A stretch of 63,883 nt of DNA, the filler included, from Hyphochytrium catenoides (taxonomy: Eukaryota > Protista > Hyphochytriomycota), in NCBI GenBank assembly GCA_900088475.1. It is 5 parts of 5 records of this genome, joined end to end, with 100 filler letters (N's around TTAATTAATTAA, not from the genome) between each part and the next. Parts side by side here need not be neighbours in the genome. Positions count along the whole stretch, not along the records: positions 1 to 25,239 come from FLMG01003348.1; positions 25,340 to 55,991 come from FLMG01002279.1; 3 more parts are not named here. The stretch is one strand, 5' to 3'. Position numbers and translations under genes: made by a program. Below, one piece after another: positions 20,561 to 34,700 of the stretch; the first letter of the stretch is position 1; every line of letters starts with the position of its first letter. Under the pieces are notes generated by a model. The model was given only the letters and a program-made list of their open reading frames with translations. It was not told the origin of the DNA and made no database searches.

Positions 20561-21190
20561 GTCTTTCTCTCTCTCGCTCGCTGTGTCTGTCTCTGTGCTA
20601 TTCCCTCCATTCGCTCTCTGGTCACTCTCCCTCATACCTCTGAATATCGTCTCTCTCTCTCTCTCTCTCTCTCTCTTTCGCCAAAAGGAGAGTAAGAGCA
20701 AGGATATCTCTGGTACCGAGAGAGGAGAGAGTAGAAGAGAACCCTCCGTCCTCAACTCTCTCTCTCTTCATACACCGAATTCTTCTGTCACTGCAGAGAG
20801 GAAAGGGGAAGAGGGAAGAGACACGGAGAGAAGAAGCAGAAGAGAGAAAGAAGAGGAGAGGAGAGCGAGAATCTGGGAGAGAGAAAAGAGAGAGAGAGAG
20901 AGAGCAGAGATCTCCTAAGTGTTGTACTCCTGTAAATATTGTTTCTTATAAAATTGATGGCTCTTTAGAAAGAAGTGGCACTCGAGAGAAAGGAATAGGA
21001 GAGAGACACCGCATGGCGAGAGGAAGGAAAGAAGAAACCGGGGACAATGAGAGGAAAAAGGGACAGGAAGAGAACAAGAGAGAGCAAGGGCTAAACCAAA
21101 GGTTATCTCTATGGATCTTGAGCCTTGAAGAAAGGTCAAGAAAAGAAAGAGAGATTGGAAAGGCAGAACAAAAGAGAGAGAGGGAGAGAG

Positions 21191-22997
<1,807 letters not shown>

Positions 22998-23229
22998 GTC
23001 TCCTCCTTTCTGTGAAAGTCTTGTGTACTACCTGGTAGAGAGAGGCTGAGCAATGAAGAGAGAGAATACGTTTGTAGAGAGAAGAGAGAAGGAGAGAGAA
23101 ACAGAGGAGTTCCAGAAAGTGCGCTGAAAAGATAAGAGGAAGGCAGACAAAAGAGAGAGAGAAGAGACGAGCGCGATCCAAGTCGGTTACCTTCCCCCTG
23201 GAATCTCCTAATTAACGGTAACTCTTGAG

Positions 23230-24921
23230 GAATAGAGCCGCAGCCGCTTTCTGCGCAAGCTTCTCTCTCTCTCTTCGTACACACTTTCTCTCTTTTCTCT
23301 CTCTTCTCTCCTCGCTGGTGCCCTACGTGGAAGAAGAAAAGCTTCGAGCTCTGCTAAGCTCGCTGATAGCAGCAACAATGATTGGAAAACCCGATGATGG
23401 AAGCTTCAGGTCCGCACCCTTCTTCCCCCGGCAAATTTCCTCACCTGATCTCTTTGTGTCTCTCTGCCTCTCTTTCTTTCTCTCGTCTTTCCCTCTCTTT
23501 TCCTCAAGATGCCTTTGTTGTCCGATCCTCTTGTCTCTTTGTCTCTCTCTCTCTCTCTCTCTCTTTTTCTGTGTCTCCCTCTCTTCTATCTCTTGCTGCT
23601 CTTTTGCTGATGCGATCGAGAGGAAGAAATTTATGAGTTGGACAAGCAGAGCCAAAGAAATGACGACACGAAGCAGAGCCTAAGGACAGAGAGAGAGAGA
23701 GAAAGAGAAAGAGAGAGAAAGACAGAGAGAAAGAAAGAGAGAGAGAAAAAGAGAGAGAAAGAGAGAGAAAGAGAGAGAGAAAGAAAGAGAGGGAGAGAGA
23801 GAGAGAAAGAAAAAGAAAGTAAAGTACCAAGCAACACGAAATGACTTGGCCCGACACCACGAACACGAGCCAGAGCCAGAATATATCTTAGGATAGTTGA
23901 GAGAGAGAGAGAGAGAAGAATACAAATCCAAAAAATAGTCCGAAAGAGGTCTTTCACTCTTCAAAAATCATCCGAAAATAGCTGAACATACTCCCCCACT
24001 TGGCTCCTCCCTTCCCTTCTGTTGTTACCAGCACAAAGGACCCCGCCGAATAATTTATCACCTACAAACAGAAGGCTTCTTATTCTCTGAAAACTTCCCG
24101 AAACATGACCAGTCGGAAAGAAGAAAAAACACTTTTCAATATGTAAGATTGAGTGATTGCTAAATATGGTTTAGAGTTTTGTCCGGTCAACTCCAAAACT
24201 CCCAAAAAATACGAAATCATAAAGTTCAATGAAAGCTTCAGCTGTCCAGGAGGAGGTCTGACGCTTCCATGAAATGCGAATCAATCCCATCAGAAGCTGT
24301 CCAAAACAGAGAGACAGAGACAGAGACAGAGAGTGAGACAGAGAGAGACACAGAAAGAGAGAGACAGAGAGAGACACAGAGAGAGACAGAGCGAGAGAAG
24401 AGAGAGAGGGGAGAGAGTAGGGAACAGAGAGGAAGCTAGATAGAAAGAGAGAGAGAGAGAAGAAAGAAAGAGAGAGACAAAAGAGAAGGATAGTTCTGGA
24501 GGGGGATGCGGGACGCGAAGAGGCAGCGTGAGGGAGAGAGAGAGAAGAGAACTCCAAGACAGAGAAAGACTAGAGAGAGAGCCACTGAGAGGTCGAAAGA
24601 GGGAAGTGGCAGCGACTTCTTGGGAGAGAAAGGAGAGAGAAAGAAAAGAGAGAGAGAGGGAGAGAGAGAGAGAAGAGANNNNNNNNNNNNNNNNNNNNNN
24701 NNNNNNNNNNNNNNNAGAGAGAGAGAGAACAGAGAGAGAGAGAGAACGAAGACAAAGCACCAGGCAGAGAGAGAGAAGGGATGCTGTGGGACAGGAAGGG
24801 CCAAAGCAGGTGGGATTGCGGGAAATAAGGGAGGAAAGGAGGTTCTGAAGGGCCATCAAAACATGGATAACGAGGTGCACTTGAAGATCAAGCACCGCGA
24901 CAGAGGGAAAGAAGACAGAGG

Positions 24922-24966
<45 letters not shown>

Positions 24967-25239
24967 AGAGAGCAGCGAGGTAGGGTGCCAAAGAACTTAA
25001 AAGAGACAGAGAAAAAAAGGAGAGGAGAGGCTGACCACGGAAGTGACACCTGCCAATGCGGAAGAGACTCCAAGGAAGAAGAAGCTTCAACTTCATCTAA
25101 TGAAAAGAAGAAACCGAAATATCTGGGGAAGAGAGACTCATCTCTCTCTCTCTCTCTTGTCCTCTCTCGCCCTAGAAGAGAGGAGAAGAGAGGAGAAGAG
25201 AGAGAAAAGAGACGAGGATGAGAGGGAGAAAAGAGAAAG
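23230..25239. repeat. Low-complexity CT- then GA-microsatellite region upstream of Ras
   Basis: Dense imperfect (CT)n, (GA)n and (GAGACA)n tracts; no supportable protein. Confidence 0.85.
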
Positions 25240-25339
25240 NNNNNNNNNNNNNNNNNNNNNNNNNNNNNNNNNNNNNNNNNNNNTTAATTAATTAANNNNN
25301 NNNNNNNNNNNNNNNNNNNNNNNNNNNNNNNNNNNNNNN
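25240..25339. other. Artificial contig-joining linker (N44-TTAATTAATTAA-N44)
   Basis: Exactly 100 nt with a six-frame-stop core; the same structure occurs four times in the window. Confidence 0.97.
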
Positions 25340-25771
25340 GGAGAATGGTGAACGAAAAGAGAAGAGTTTTAGTCTGGACCATAGAGAGATGCAGGCAGAT
25401 CAAGAAGGATTGCCTAATCTCCCAAGCCCAAACAAATGAGGAAGCTTCTCATCAGTCTCTCCTCCGCGTCACCTCATGAGGGCACACGGGGTGATCGGAG
25501 AGCCTACTAACAGACAGTCCGCGTTGAGTAGACGTGAACATAACCCATGACATAACCCATAGATTCGACTCTTCTTCTTCAGGATCCGCCATCTCCCACC
25601 TTTTTCAGTTCAGCCGCCCGGTCATCAACCTCCTTGTGTTCTGCCCCACCAGTGGTTTCCCTTGATTGTGCTGCTCAGTGCTACGGCTACTTCAGAGTTT
25701 AATGCCTTTCTTATGACATAAATGAGCGCTTAGAGTCTCGTATAGATCTACCTTTCCTTGCCTTTATTTAT

Positions 25772-28700
25772 CTAAAGGACCAGTGGCCGCCTCTCTTCTC
25801 TGTTGCCCGCCTCTTGCCTAAGAAAAACTGCAAAAGCTGGCGTGATAGCCCAGAGGAAAGTATCCAAGAGGCCCGCCGAGAGATACGCAAGCGTAGCGAA
25901 GAACCGGAGAGATTCTGGAAACGCTCCGCCTCTGACAATGTCAAAGGACCACAGAAGAGCTGGTAAGAGCCACGCAGCTGACCCGCCAACGGTCTAAGGC
26001 ACACAACAGGAAGGAGAAATGTGTGTTAGCTACGGCCAGAGTCCATCAACCTTTTAGCAGGTCTCTAGAACCGACGAGCACGACGTAAGAATTCAGTTGC
26101 CTCAATGGGAAACATGCTTGCTGCATAAGATGATATAGGCAATCGATGAGAGCGTCCTAGGTGTTTAGGTTTGAAAGAGAGGTCAAGTGGAGTGTGGAGG
26201 ACAGAGAAGGCAGATGGAAAGCCCGTCCTTGACTGCTGGCCTCTACGCTTTTCTTCCATTTTCTCCCCGTCTGTTCGTCCGTTCTTCCGAACAATACGTA
26301 CATGGGCTCCCCAAACCTCCTTCATATTTTCTCCTCTCCTAGTAGATTCCATGGAAAAGCGGTCTAGTAAAGCCAGTCCTTTGCGGTAGTTGCGCCAGCA
26401 GTAAAGAGCCAGGACGAAAGAGGGGATAATGAACAGGAGCAGCCGCGGCCATGGCAGCGGTAGCCAGCAATAACTGCAAAAGGGGAAGGCACTTATCAGG
26501 GAGAAGAGCTAACTATCACGCCAATTGGACGTAAAAGCTCTAAATGGGAGGTGTCCATAATATCCAAGCCTAAGATGGAAAACAGCCTGCCCTTGGAGCT
26601 TTTGGCTAATGATGAACTCCAAAGCACAGATTGTCCATGGGAGAGAGAGATAGGTTAGAGGAGAAAAGTTTTTTTACCCAGGTCGTAGGCCCACATCCGC
26701 GGCCTCGCCATACGCGCCAAAGGCTCCACCTAGAACCGCCACACACAAGGAAGCTAAAGTGGCTAAAGAGACTCTGGTGCTTCTGGGTTGGGCGGTATCC
26801 TGCGACTGGAGCAAACAAAGTAGGGATCGAGAGATAAAGAGGTCCAACACTAAGAGCGAGAGAGTGCAGGATTCTTGGACAAGAGCTCCTCCTAGGCACC
26901 AGATAGGGTGATTGAGCCCAGGTAGGACTGCAAAGAGGGGAATGACATAACATTGCGACGACCAGAGACACAATGATTAGTGAGAAGGACCATGGCCGCA
27001 CAGAGAGGACAACGAAGACAGACCGTAAATGGAAAAAGGTGAACGTAGTGGTCAAGAGGAAAGTGCTAACTTCTCACGGAAGTAGAATGGACATCCAGCG
27101 GTCCTATACAGGGCTGAAGAAGAAGGAATAACAGTACAGAGCAGGTACGGTAGGATTTGCCCGAGTAACGGAGAGCGCAGGCCTAGCTGTGGCCAATCGC
27201 GGGTGAGATTACGAGGGGTCCTCGCATAGCTTGATATCGATCTGAAGATAGGAAGATGACAAGCAAATAGAAGGCCCCAGAATAACGTTGAAGGGAAAAG
27301 AAGTACACCATCATTCCCCCCACAACCGCTGCTCGTGCGCCAGCACTCACATGTCATCCAAAAGGACAATTGCCTTAAAATCTCAAGCACGGCCCTCGTC
27401 AAGAAGATTCTGATCTCTGGGGAGGACTGGAGGCTGCTGTGGCGGAGGAAGAGGAAGAGGAACGCCACTGCTCCGCCAACAGAGAGAAGAGAGACGCCGA
27501 CAAAAGGGACGAGCTCGGCAATAGAGACAGGAGATAGAGTGATCCCGGACTCTGCCCTATGTTGTCCCTTACGAGATGAAAGTGCTGCGCCACACCGGGG
27601 CGGGATCGTCCTGACGCATGCCATACCTACCCGTTTGGACGTCGCGTCGAAGAGAGTGTGATAAGTCCTCAGGAATACATCGCCTAGAATCCATTGTCCT
27701 GCCGGTCCTGCCAAAGCGAGGGAAAGGAAGGTAAAAGCGGAAGTGAAGATCACGAAGAGTTTAGGAGCAAAGATCACAGTGACGGAGGCAAGCGGAAGGT
27801 GCGGGAGATGTGAGCTCCTGCAATAGGAACCAAAGGCGAGGAAGGATGTGAAGATAGATGTCCTTCCCTGTATTCATAAGAGGCTCCACACTCCTTAGGA
27901 AGAGAGAGGGTAAGCAAGACTACAGAGCGCAAAGCACTTACCTCCATCGGAGAGAAGAGGAATACAGATTATCCACTGGCAGAAGGTATAATCTGGGCCA
28001 TGGAGCTCGAAAACATGTTCTCCTAGTTCTGTGAGCAAAGTTAGAGTCCAAAACCATGAAGACGGCAGACCAGGAGGCAAGGGCAGACAAGCGTGATGGG
28101 CATTGACATAGATGAAGGGAAGATATGGACACAAGGGCAACATTCTGGTGGGAATATGTCTACCTAAGCGGATCGTTGGGAATTGAGATGGTGTGCAGCC
28201 CACGCATTGATAGCCAAGATTTGTATAGGCGCACGAGCAGAGCTCAATCAACACCTGCAGGCAACCAAGAGTGAGACCCACAAGGAGATGGTATGTCCAT
28301 ACTGACCGTTCCTTTTTCATTTTCCAGAGTAATCAGATGTAGACCTACCTCCATCGCTTTCCAGTATGGAATAGACGGCATAGTGAGGAGGGAGGTACCT
28401 GTATCTACGATCGCTCGGCAGCCATCTGAAATAACAATAAATGGATGTTAAGGGCCACATTTACAGATAAAGACAAGTTATAGAGGCAGACAAGACAGAA
28501 ACGCCACCATCCTCACGGAGGAGAAAACATCCAGGACCTACAATGCTTAGACAACAGCAGTGAAGAGCTTGGTGTGTTATAATCAGTGAACAGAGAGGTG
28601 GTCTTACGGGGACAGAGCTCCTTGTCATGTATGCTGACCGACGGGACGGAGACGGTCCAGAATGTGTAGGTAAAGCCGGTTGATATTACTGGCGAGAAGA

Positions 28701-31700
28701 GCCACTCGGTGCCCTCTAAGAGGCTTGGGGTTAGTTCCAAGGCATCATCTAAGGCATCAAATGCTGGAGTATGAAACCAAGATAAGAGAAGGCATTTCTC
28801 TGTACTTCAGTACAAGGAGACGCAGGAGATCCCCAGCCATTGAGCTGACCGAACGTCAATCAGGAATGAAAGTGCAAGGTAGAGGGACAAGGAGAGAGGT
28901 TGCTCACCCTTTGGTACGAGTGTATTGTCATATCCTCCCAGGATCAGCTGTGAACCCTCACTGTTTGGTTCACGGCTGAGGAAGAAAGAGAACTGGCCAC
29001 GCAGTTCTGGGTGCTGGGAAGAAAGCAGAGAGAAGACAGAGGGCACTGGAAGCGATATGGTAAGTGGAAATATCCTTGAGCTCGGCTACGCAGAAGAAAC
29101 TAAGAAAGTGTCTCGTCGAGCTGTGTCCAGCCTCAGGGCCCAGGATACTTACATAAAGGCAAGAGGAAAACCATGAAAAGGAGGCCATTGAACGAGACTA
29201 CCGCACAGTAACATGAGAGAGACAGGCGCCCACTAACCAGTCACAGTCGCCAAGCCTTCAAAGGCCATTCCCAGGATGCCCTCTGACTGCATGGTTCCCA
29301 TCCGGCCCATCTCCCTCTCAGCCACTCCGACCTTCACCCGATCAACGGCAAGACCGCCAAGGTGCACCTTTCATACAAATTTTAGGACATGGCCGCCGAC
29401 AAGGGTTAAGCAAACGTCTAGAGAAAGACGGAGAGAAGAGAGTAGAATTCTGGTCTGAAGCCATTCTTATATGAAGGAACAAAGAACAGACCAATGGAGT
29501 TTAAATTTGAGCGGTTCCGGACTATGGAGAGGAAGCTGCTTCATGTAAGGCTTGTCTCATGGCCTCCATGCCTTTTCCTCTACCTGCTCTCTAACTATAT
29601 AGCCTGATATCTGCCCACTGCCATAAGCATCTGAGAAGCCATTAGGCCCCGATAACACTGAGGAAGAAGTCGAGGTGGACGGATTATAACGAGCCAGACC
29701 AGCACAATCTACGCAATTTGTGCCAGGAACCTGGACCATCGGAGGGCAAGAGGTGTGATGTGTCAACTCTAAAGCAATAGGTCCATGGCATCGGGTAGCG
29801 AGTACTATTATATAAGATACTAAATGGAACTCACCCAAAAGTCCGCAGACCCAGTGTCAAAGATAACATCGAACGACTGAGGCGGCGAGCCCACCCCAAT
29901 CTCCCCGTAGAATTGCATAGCCCAGTAGTTACTTAGCGGGATGCGAAGGGAATCTGAAAGAAGGTGATGATGAGTCCCCTTGAAAGAGAGTGACGACACT
30001 AATAGCCAACAAAGAACAACCAAGAGAAGATGAGAAGAATCCGCCACAACATGCTTGATGAGACTAACAGCAAGTTCTTATGACACCGCAGCCCACCATT
30101 TTTTTGCAGTGCCTCCAGCCTAGCGCTTAGCGGAGAGTAGGCAAGCAGTTCCGGCCTCGGTGGAGACGACTGGGGAAGGTAATGCGACGCCTTGATGAAA
30201 GATGGTCAGATCCTTCCATTGAATTGCAACCTCTTTTCCCCTTGCTCTTCTGTCTATTACCTGCTCCGCTTTATGGCGATTGACTTTTCTCTTCAAAGGA
30301 ATCTTGTGCAAACCCGTCACTTCTATCGCCAAGTTATTCGCTAACGTTTCAGCAGGCTCTGGAACCCTTTGAGGGTCATTTTGATGGACTCTGTCATCCA
30401 GCATGGACACCTTTGCTGCCCTATTTCTCCTGCGTTTGTACCTGGGCTTTCCTCTTAGCTCGTACGGAGTGCCAAGAGAGATACGTTTGTCCTCTATATG
30501 GTAGGCAGTGGGATACTTTTGTAGGAAAGGCCACCCAAGAAGAATCATCTCCTGGACGCGGATCCCATCCGGGTAGGCCGAGAGCAAGAAGACGATGTGA
30601 GGATAGACAACTATCAGAAGTGCAAGTAAAAAATAAAGCAATGGACACACTCAAAGTCAAAAGAAGAGGTGCACGAGGAGGAACGGCAGGAGCCTCAAGA
30701 AGGGACAAGAGAGCAAAAAGTTGTCAAACGATCCCGGCCTGAGGCCCACAATGTTACTTACAATCTCAACCTCTGATATGAGAAGCTCACAGCTCACTTC
30801 GGTCTCCCGCCCATGGTTACCGCCTCCACAGACAGCATAGTCTTCGCCTTCGAGGATAAACTCTCGTCCTCCAAGGCGGAAGACAAGAGGAGGGAATCTG
30901 TCTCTTTCTTTGCAGTTTCTACAATTGAAGCCTGCAATGGTGCTTTCACAGTCACACAGCGATGAAAGCTCTCGTACTACGGCAGAAAATTCAGAGCTCT
31001 GTAGCCCTATTGTCGGCAAGCCGCTATCTAAACTTGCAAAGCAACCTATTGACGAGAAAGATGGATTAGATAAGCATAGGCGTGGTAGGTGGAGGACATA
31101 ACTGTTTACTCACAGAAGAACTACAGGATCAAAGATGAAGACCAAAGCAGAGTGGACATCGAGAATCATCACCTCTTGGGCAAAATTCGTGCCGTCCTAG
31201 CCGAGTAGAGGTAACCTCCACAGTCCAGTAGCGGTGAAAGGGTTCTTCGTTAGGTGAAGGGGAAGTGGGAACAAGCGGCAGGGAAAGCCAGGACGTTCCG
31301 TCTCCGAGGCATTTAGGGTGTACCCCTCCAAGAACCAACGCTACTTCCCAGTCCTTTTCCTGTCTTTCTCGACTTTCCTCTCGTTTGGAGGTCACTGAGC
31401 GAGCACAGAATGAAAATGTAGGAGGAAGTGACTCTTCTTTCATCAGCCTCCACACCATATTCTCCCGCGTGATCCTGCAAAAAATAAAGGGCAAACAACT
31501 AAGACTAGGCCAAGCAATAACATCCGATCCTGCCCGCCAAGGCACGTGAGCAAGAGAGGCGTACAAAAATAGAGAGCTATGCATCCACCAAATAGTTGTA
31601 TGGCACTCCAAGGATATACGGAAAGGGATGAAGGGGTACATAGCCTGAGAGTTGTCAAAGGAAAATCATGACCTAGACAGTCATACATGGGTGCGGAGAG

Positions 31701-34700
31701 CCTAGGCAAGAAGATTTGGTTGAGGAGGAGAACAATGGAATGGGCATTTGACAGCAAAAGTAGACAGAAACTTACTTGCCGAGCTGGGGGAATGCTAAGC
31801 CCACTATGCCGTCAGCCGCTAGCTCCCCTAACATGCCAACTTCACGCTCTGCGACACCCACCCGTACATCGGTGAGAGAGAAAGAGGAGAGATGAACCGT
31901 GTCCTGAAGAGAGGCACAGGGGAAACAGGAGCAATAAGTTCCATGATGGCTTTCGTCAGACAAATGCAAAACGTTAACGAGACAGTGGGCGAAGAAGAAC
32001 CATACGGTAAGCACGCCAAAGGCTTAGAAAGACCCTTACCCTAATGACGTAACCCTCGACTATCCCACTGCTATAGCGGTTCTCGAACATCTTGATGTTT
32101 CCTTTTTTGGTTCTATCTCTCTCGGCTGTTCTAGAGGCTTCTAGGTCAAACTCCGCACGACCGGCACAACGACGACAATGCCGCCCTGGTATCTAGAAGC
32201 ACCCATCACACATATAGAGCAAGGAGTGAGCCTTGAGTCGCACCAGAGCTTGCCTTCTACTCTTCAGCCGGACGAAGTCCTTCTTTCACTTACCCAAAAG
32301 TCAGCTGAGGCTGTATCGAAGACGACCTCAAACTCCTGCGGAGGTGTGCCGACCGAGGCTATGCCCACAAAGGGTGGTCGGTCAAACTCAAAGACCCATT
32401 TCGAGGGATGAGCCTTCCTATACGTGACTCTGTGAGTAAAGGCAATGATAAAGGGACAGGTCTGCCCCAATCGACAAGGGTAGATAGGCACTTAGGGATG
32501 TCAACGTAGAGCAGTCCACGGCAGAGAAGAAGAGGCAGAGATATGAATGGGACCTGGTTTACAAAGCGAAAAGAAGCCGTGACATCCATCTCAAGGCCGT
32601 TCTTAGCATGACGTGCAAGTTACCATAAGGGGACAACGATAATATTGTCTCGTTCATCTCTTTTATATTGCTGATGGACAGATGAATAGTCCCATCCGGC
32701 GAGGAAGCGCAAAGAAGTGAACAGGGCATCTGCAGACGACAGCAGATCTTCCGTCCCGCAGTGTAACCTTTTTGTAGGCGGAAGACTAGGAGGCGGAACA
32801 GAAGAGGAGACTGGACTTGAGGAGGCAGGAGGACAAGCGAAGCCCATTCTCTTTCCATCGGCATCGAATAGGGTGTAATAGTTCTTTAGAAAGGTGTCTC
32901 CAAGCACCCAAAAAGCCTCATAACCCACAGAGGAGAGAAGAAGAAGGCAAGATGTTCCTTGACACAATGTATAGGCAGATCCTGTCAAGGTGAGGAAGGC
33001 CCCGCCAAGGAAGGAGAAGCGGAGGGCAGGGAAGTGATCCGCCTCGCACTTGTTGCACTACAAAGCGCGAAAGTGTGGGGCCCCAATTAGTATAAGAGAG
33101 TAGGATAGTCCTCCAAGGCGACGGTAGGATAGGGACAATAGTCAGGACCTGCCCCTTTCAGGTTACTAGGGAGTTGATCAATGAAAAGAGACAAAGAAAG
33201 TGGAGGGTCAACGCAGAGGTTGTTTCCTAACGACGTAGCCGAGGCCGCTGTACCTGAATCGCGTACACAGAGAATCGACAACCACACGTTTCTTTCAGGA
33301 GAGGCAGAAGGCGGGCCAGGTAAGGCTCAGGAACACCGATGAGAGATGTTCCCGTATCTACAATGGCCGTACAGCCTAGCGGTATGAAACAGACAGGTGA
33401 GGGAAAGGCCGGAAAGTGTAAGACCAGAGATAACTAGAGGCAATTGGACGCGAACTGCACGCTATCTCCTCGTTCCCAAGCTCTCTGGAACTCTGGAACT
33501 GGTAAGTGTTGTTGCCTCTCATTATCAATCTTTCCCGTTCATCGTCAGCTTCTTTCCGTAGTAGTCCTTGCCACTTCCAACAGCTTCTCACTTTCATCTA
33601 CAGAATGTAGCTGCATACCGTAAGGGCAGATGTTATCTGTTCCAAGGCTCACGGCCAGCGCCTTGATTGTCCAGTATGTGAAGTCTTCCCCGGAGGACAC
33701 GAGAGGAGTGAAGAGCCATGTACTACCTTCGGCCACCAAACTGCGTAGAGGCGGATAGGGACAAAAATGCGTTAGCATGGTGAGATCCCTTTTGTCATTG
33801 TTCGTCACTAAATACTCAAAAGAAAATATAAGGAACAGAATGTATAGTCCCTCTATTCTCGCCTTACCTATTGTCTATGCCACCAATAACCAACTTTGAA
33901 CCCTTAGAATTAGGCTGGGCGGAGAGGAAGAAAGAGAATTGCCCGCTGATCTCAGGATGCTGCTCTAGAAGACCAGAGAAGACTGTCGGCACCGTGTAGC
34001 TGGAGACATGGGAGAACGAGTCAATCAAACTTCAAATTGTGCACAAATGCCTGTCATCATGATCGTAGCGTGCATGCATCGGCCCTTCTGAAGATCCCAA
34101 GCAGCCACACAACGAACTCTTTCCTTGCTGTCCACGGATGCGACCGCTTCCTTTACGAGGTGTTGTTCACATTATATCGACAGTAGCGGTTTGCGTGTTC
34201 GCATTGGCTCTTCGTTCCTCACCTGGCAATAGCTGGGAACGCCATCCCCATAACCCCATCGCATTGCAAATGTCTTATATCCTTCGCCTCAATCTCAGCT
34301 ATTCCAATCGTCACGTTCTGCACTTTCAGTCCACCCAGTCCGACGGTGTCAACACCTACAACCCCCAGCACAGCGCCGCTGACTAGAAACAGAAATCATC
34401 ATATAGGCAGGCGGAGTAAGGGCAAACTGAGTAAAGTATGACGTCACTTTGAATTCGTGTACTAAAGTCTAACAGTACGACAAACAAATGGAGACACCCA
34501 GGGATAAATTGGAGAGGAACGCAAGAAATAAGACAGCACAAGCAATATGGAAGTAGACAATTGTAGCAACAAGGCTGGGAGTGAAGTCAGAGCCCGTCGC
34601 ACAGAGAGGTCCTATACAGTACAGCTACCATAGTTATTGACGAAATATCTCCTAATGCTTCTGGGACTAAACGACCGGGACTGGCTGACGTCGAAGCGAT

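Noticed and set aside
27052-27350. Protease gene ending as a single-pass membrane protein (stop at 27052 or 27183)
   Set aside because: The donor at 27350 (T|GTGAGT) splices in phase to 26927 and yields the remaining TM helices with GPCR motifs, which explains the downstream sequence better. An alternative short isoform is not excluded.
29820-30047. Independent gene start with a signal-like peptide for protease domain 4 ([13 protein letters not shown])
   Set aside because: There is no in-frame ATG (GTG only, with a stop shortly upstream). The hydrophobic stretch coincides with a pyrimidine-rich intron end, and a phase-0 splice from KAEQ|GTAATA fits.
33545-33808. ORF listed on the + strand (…[11 protein letters not shown]…)
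   Set aside because: The peptide reads from the reverse complement; it contains a minus-strand exon of protease domain 2.
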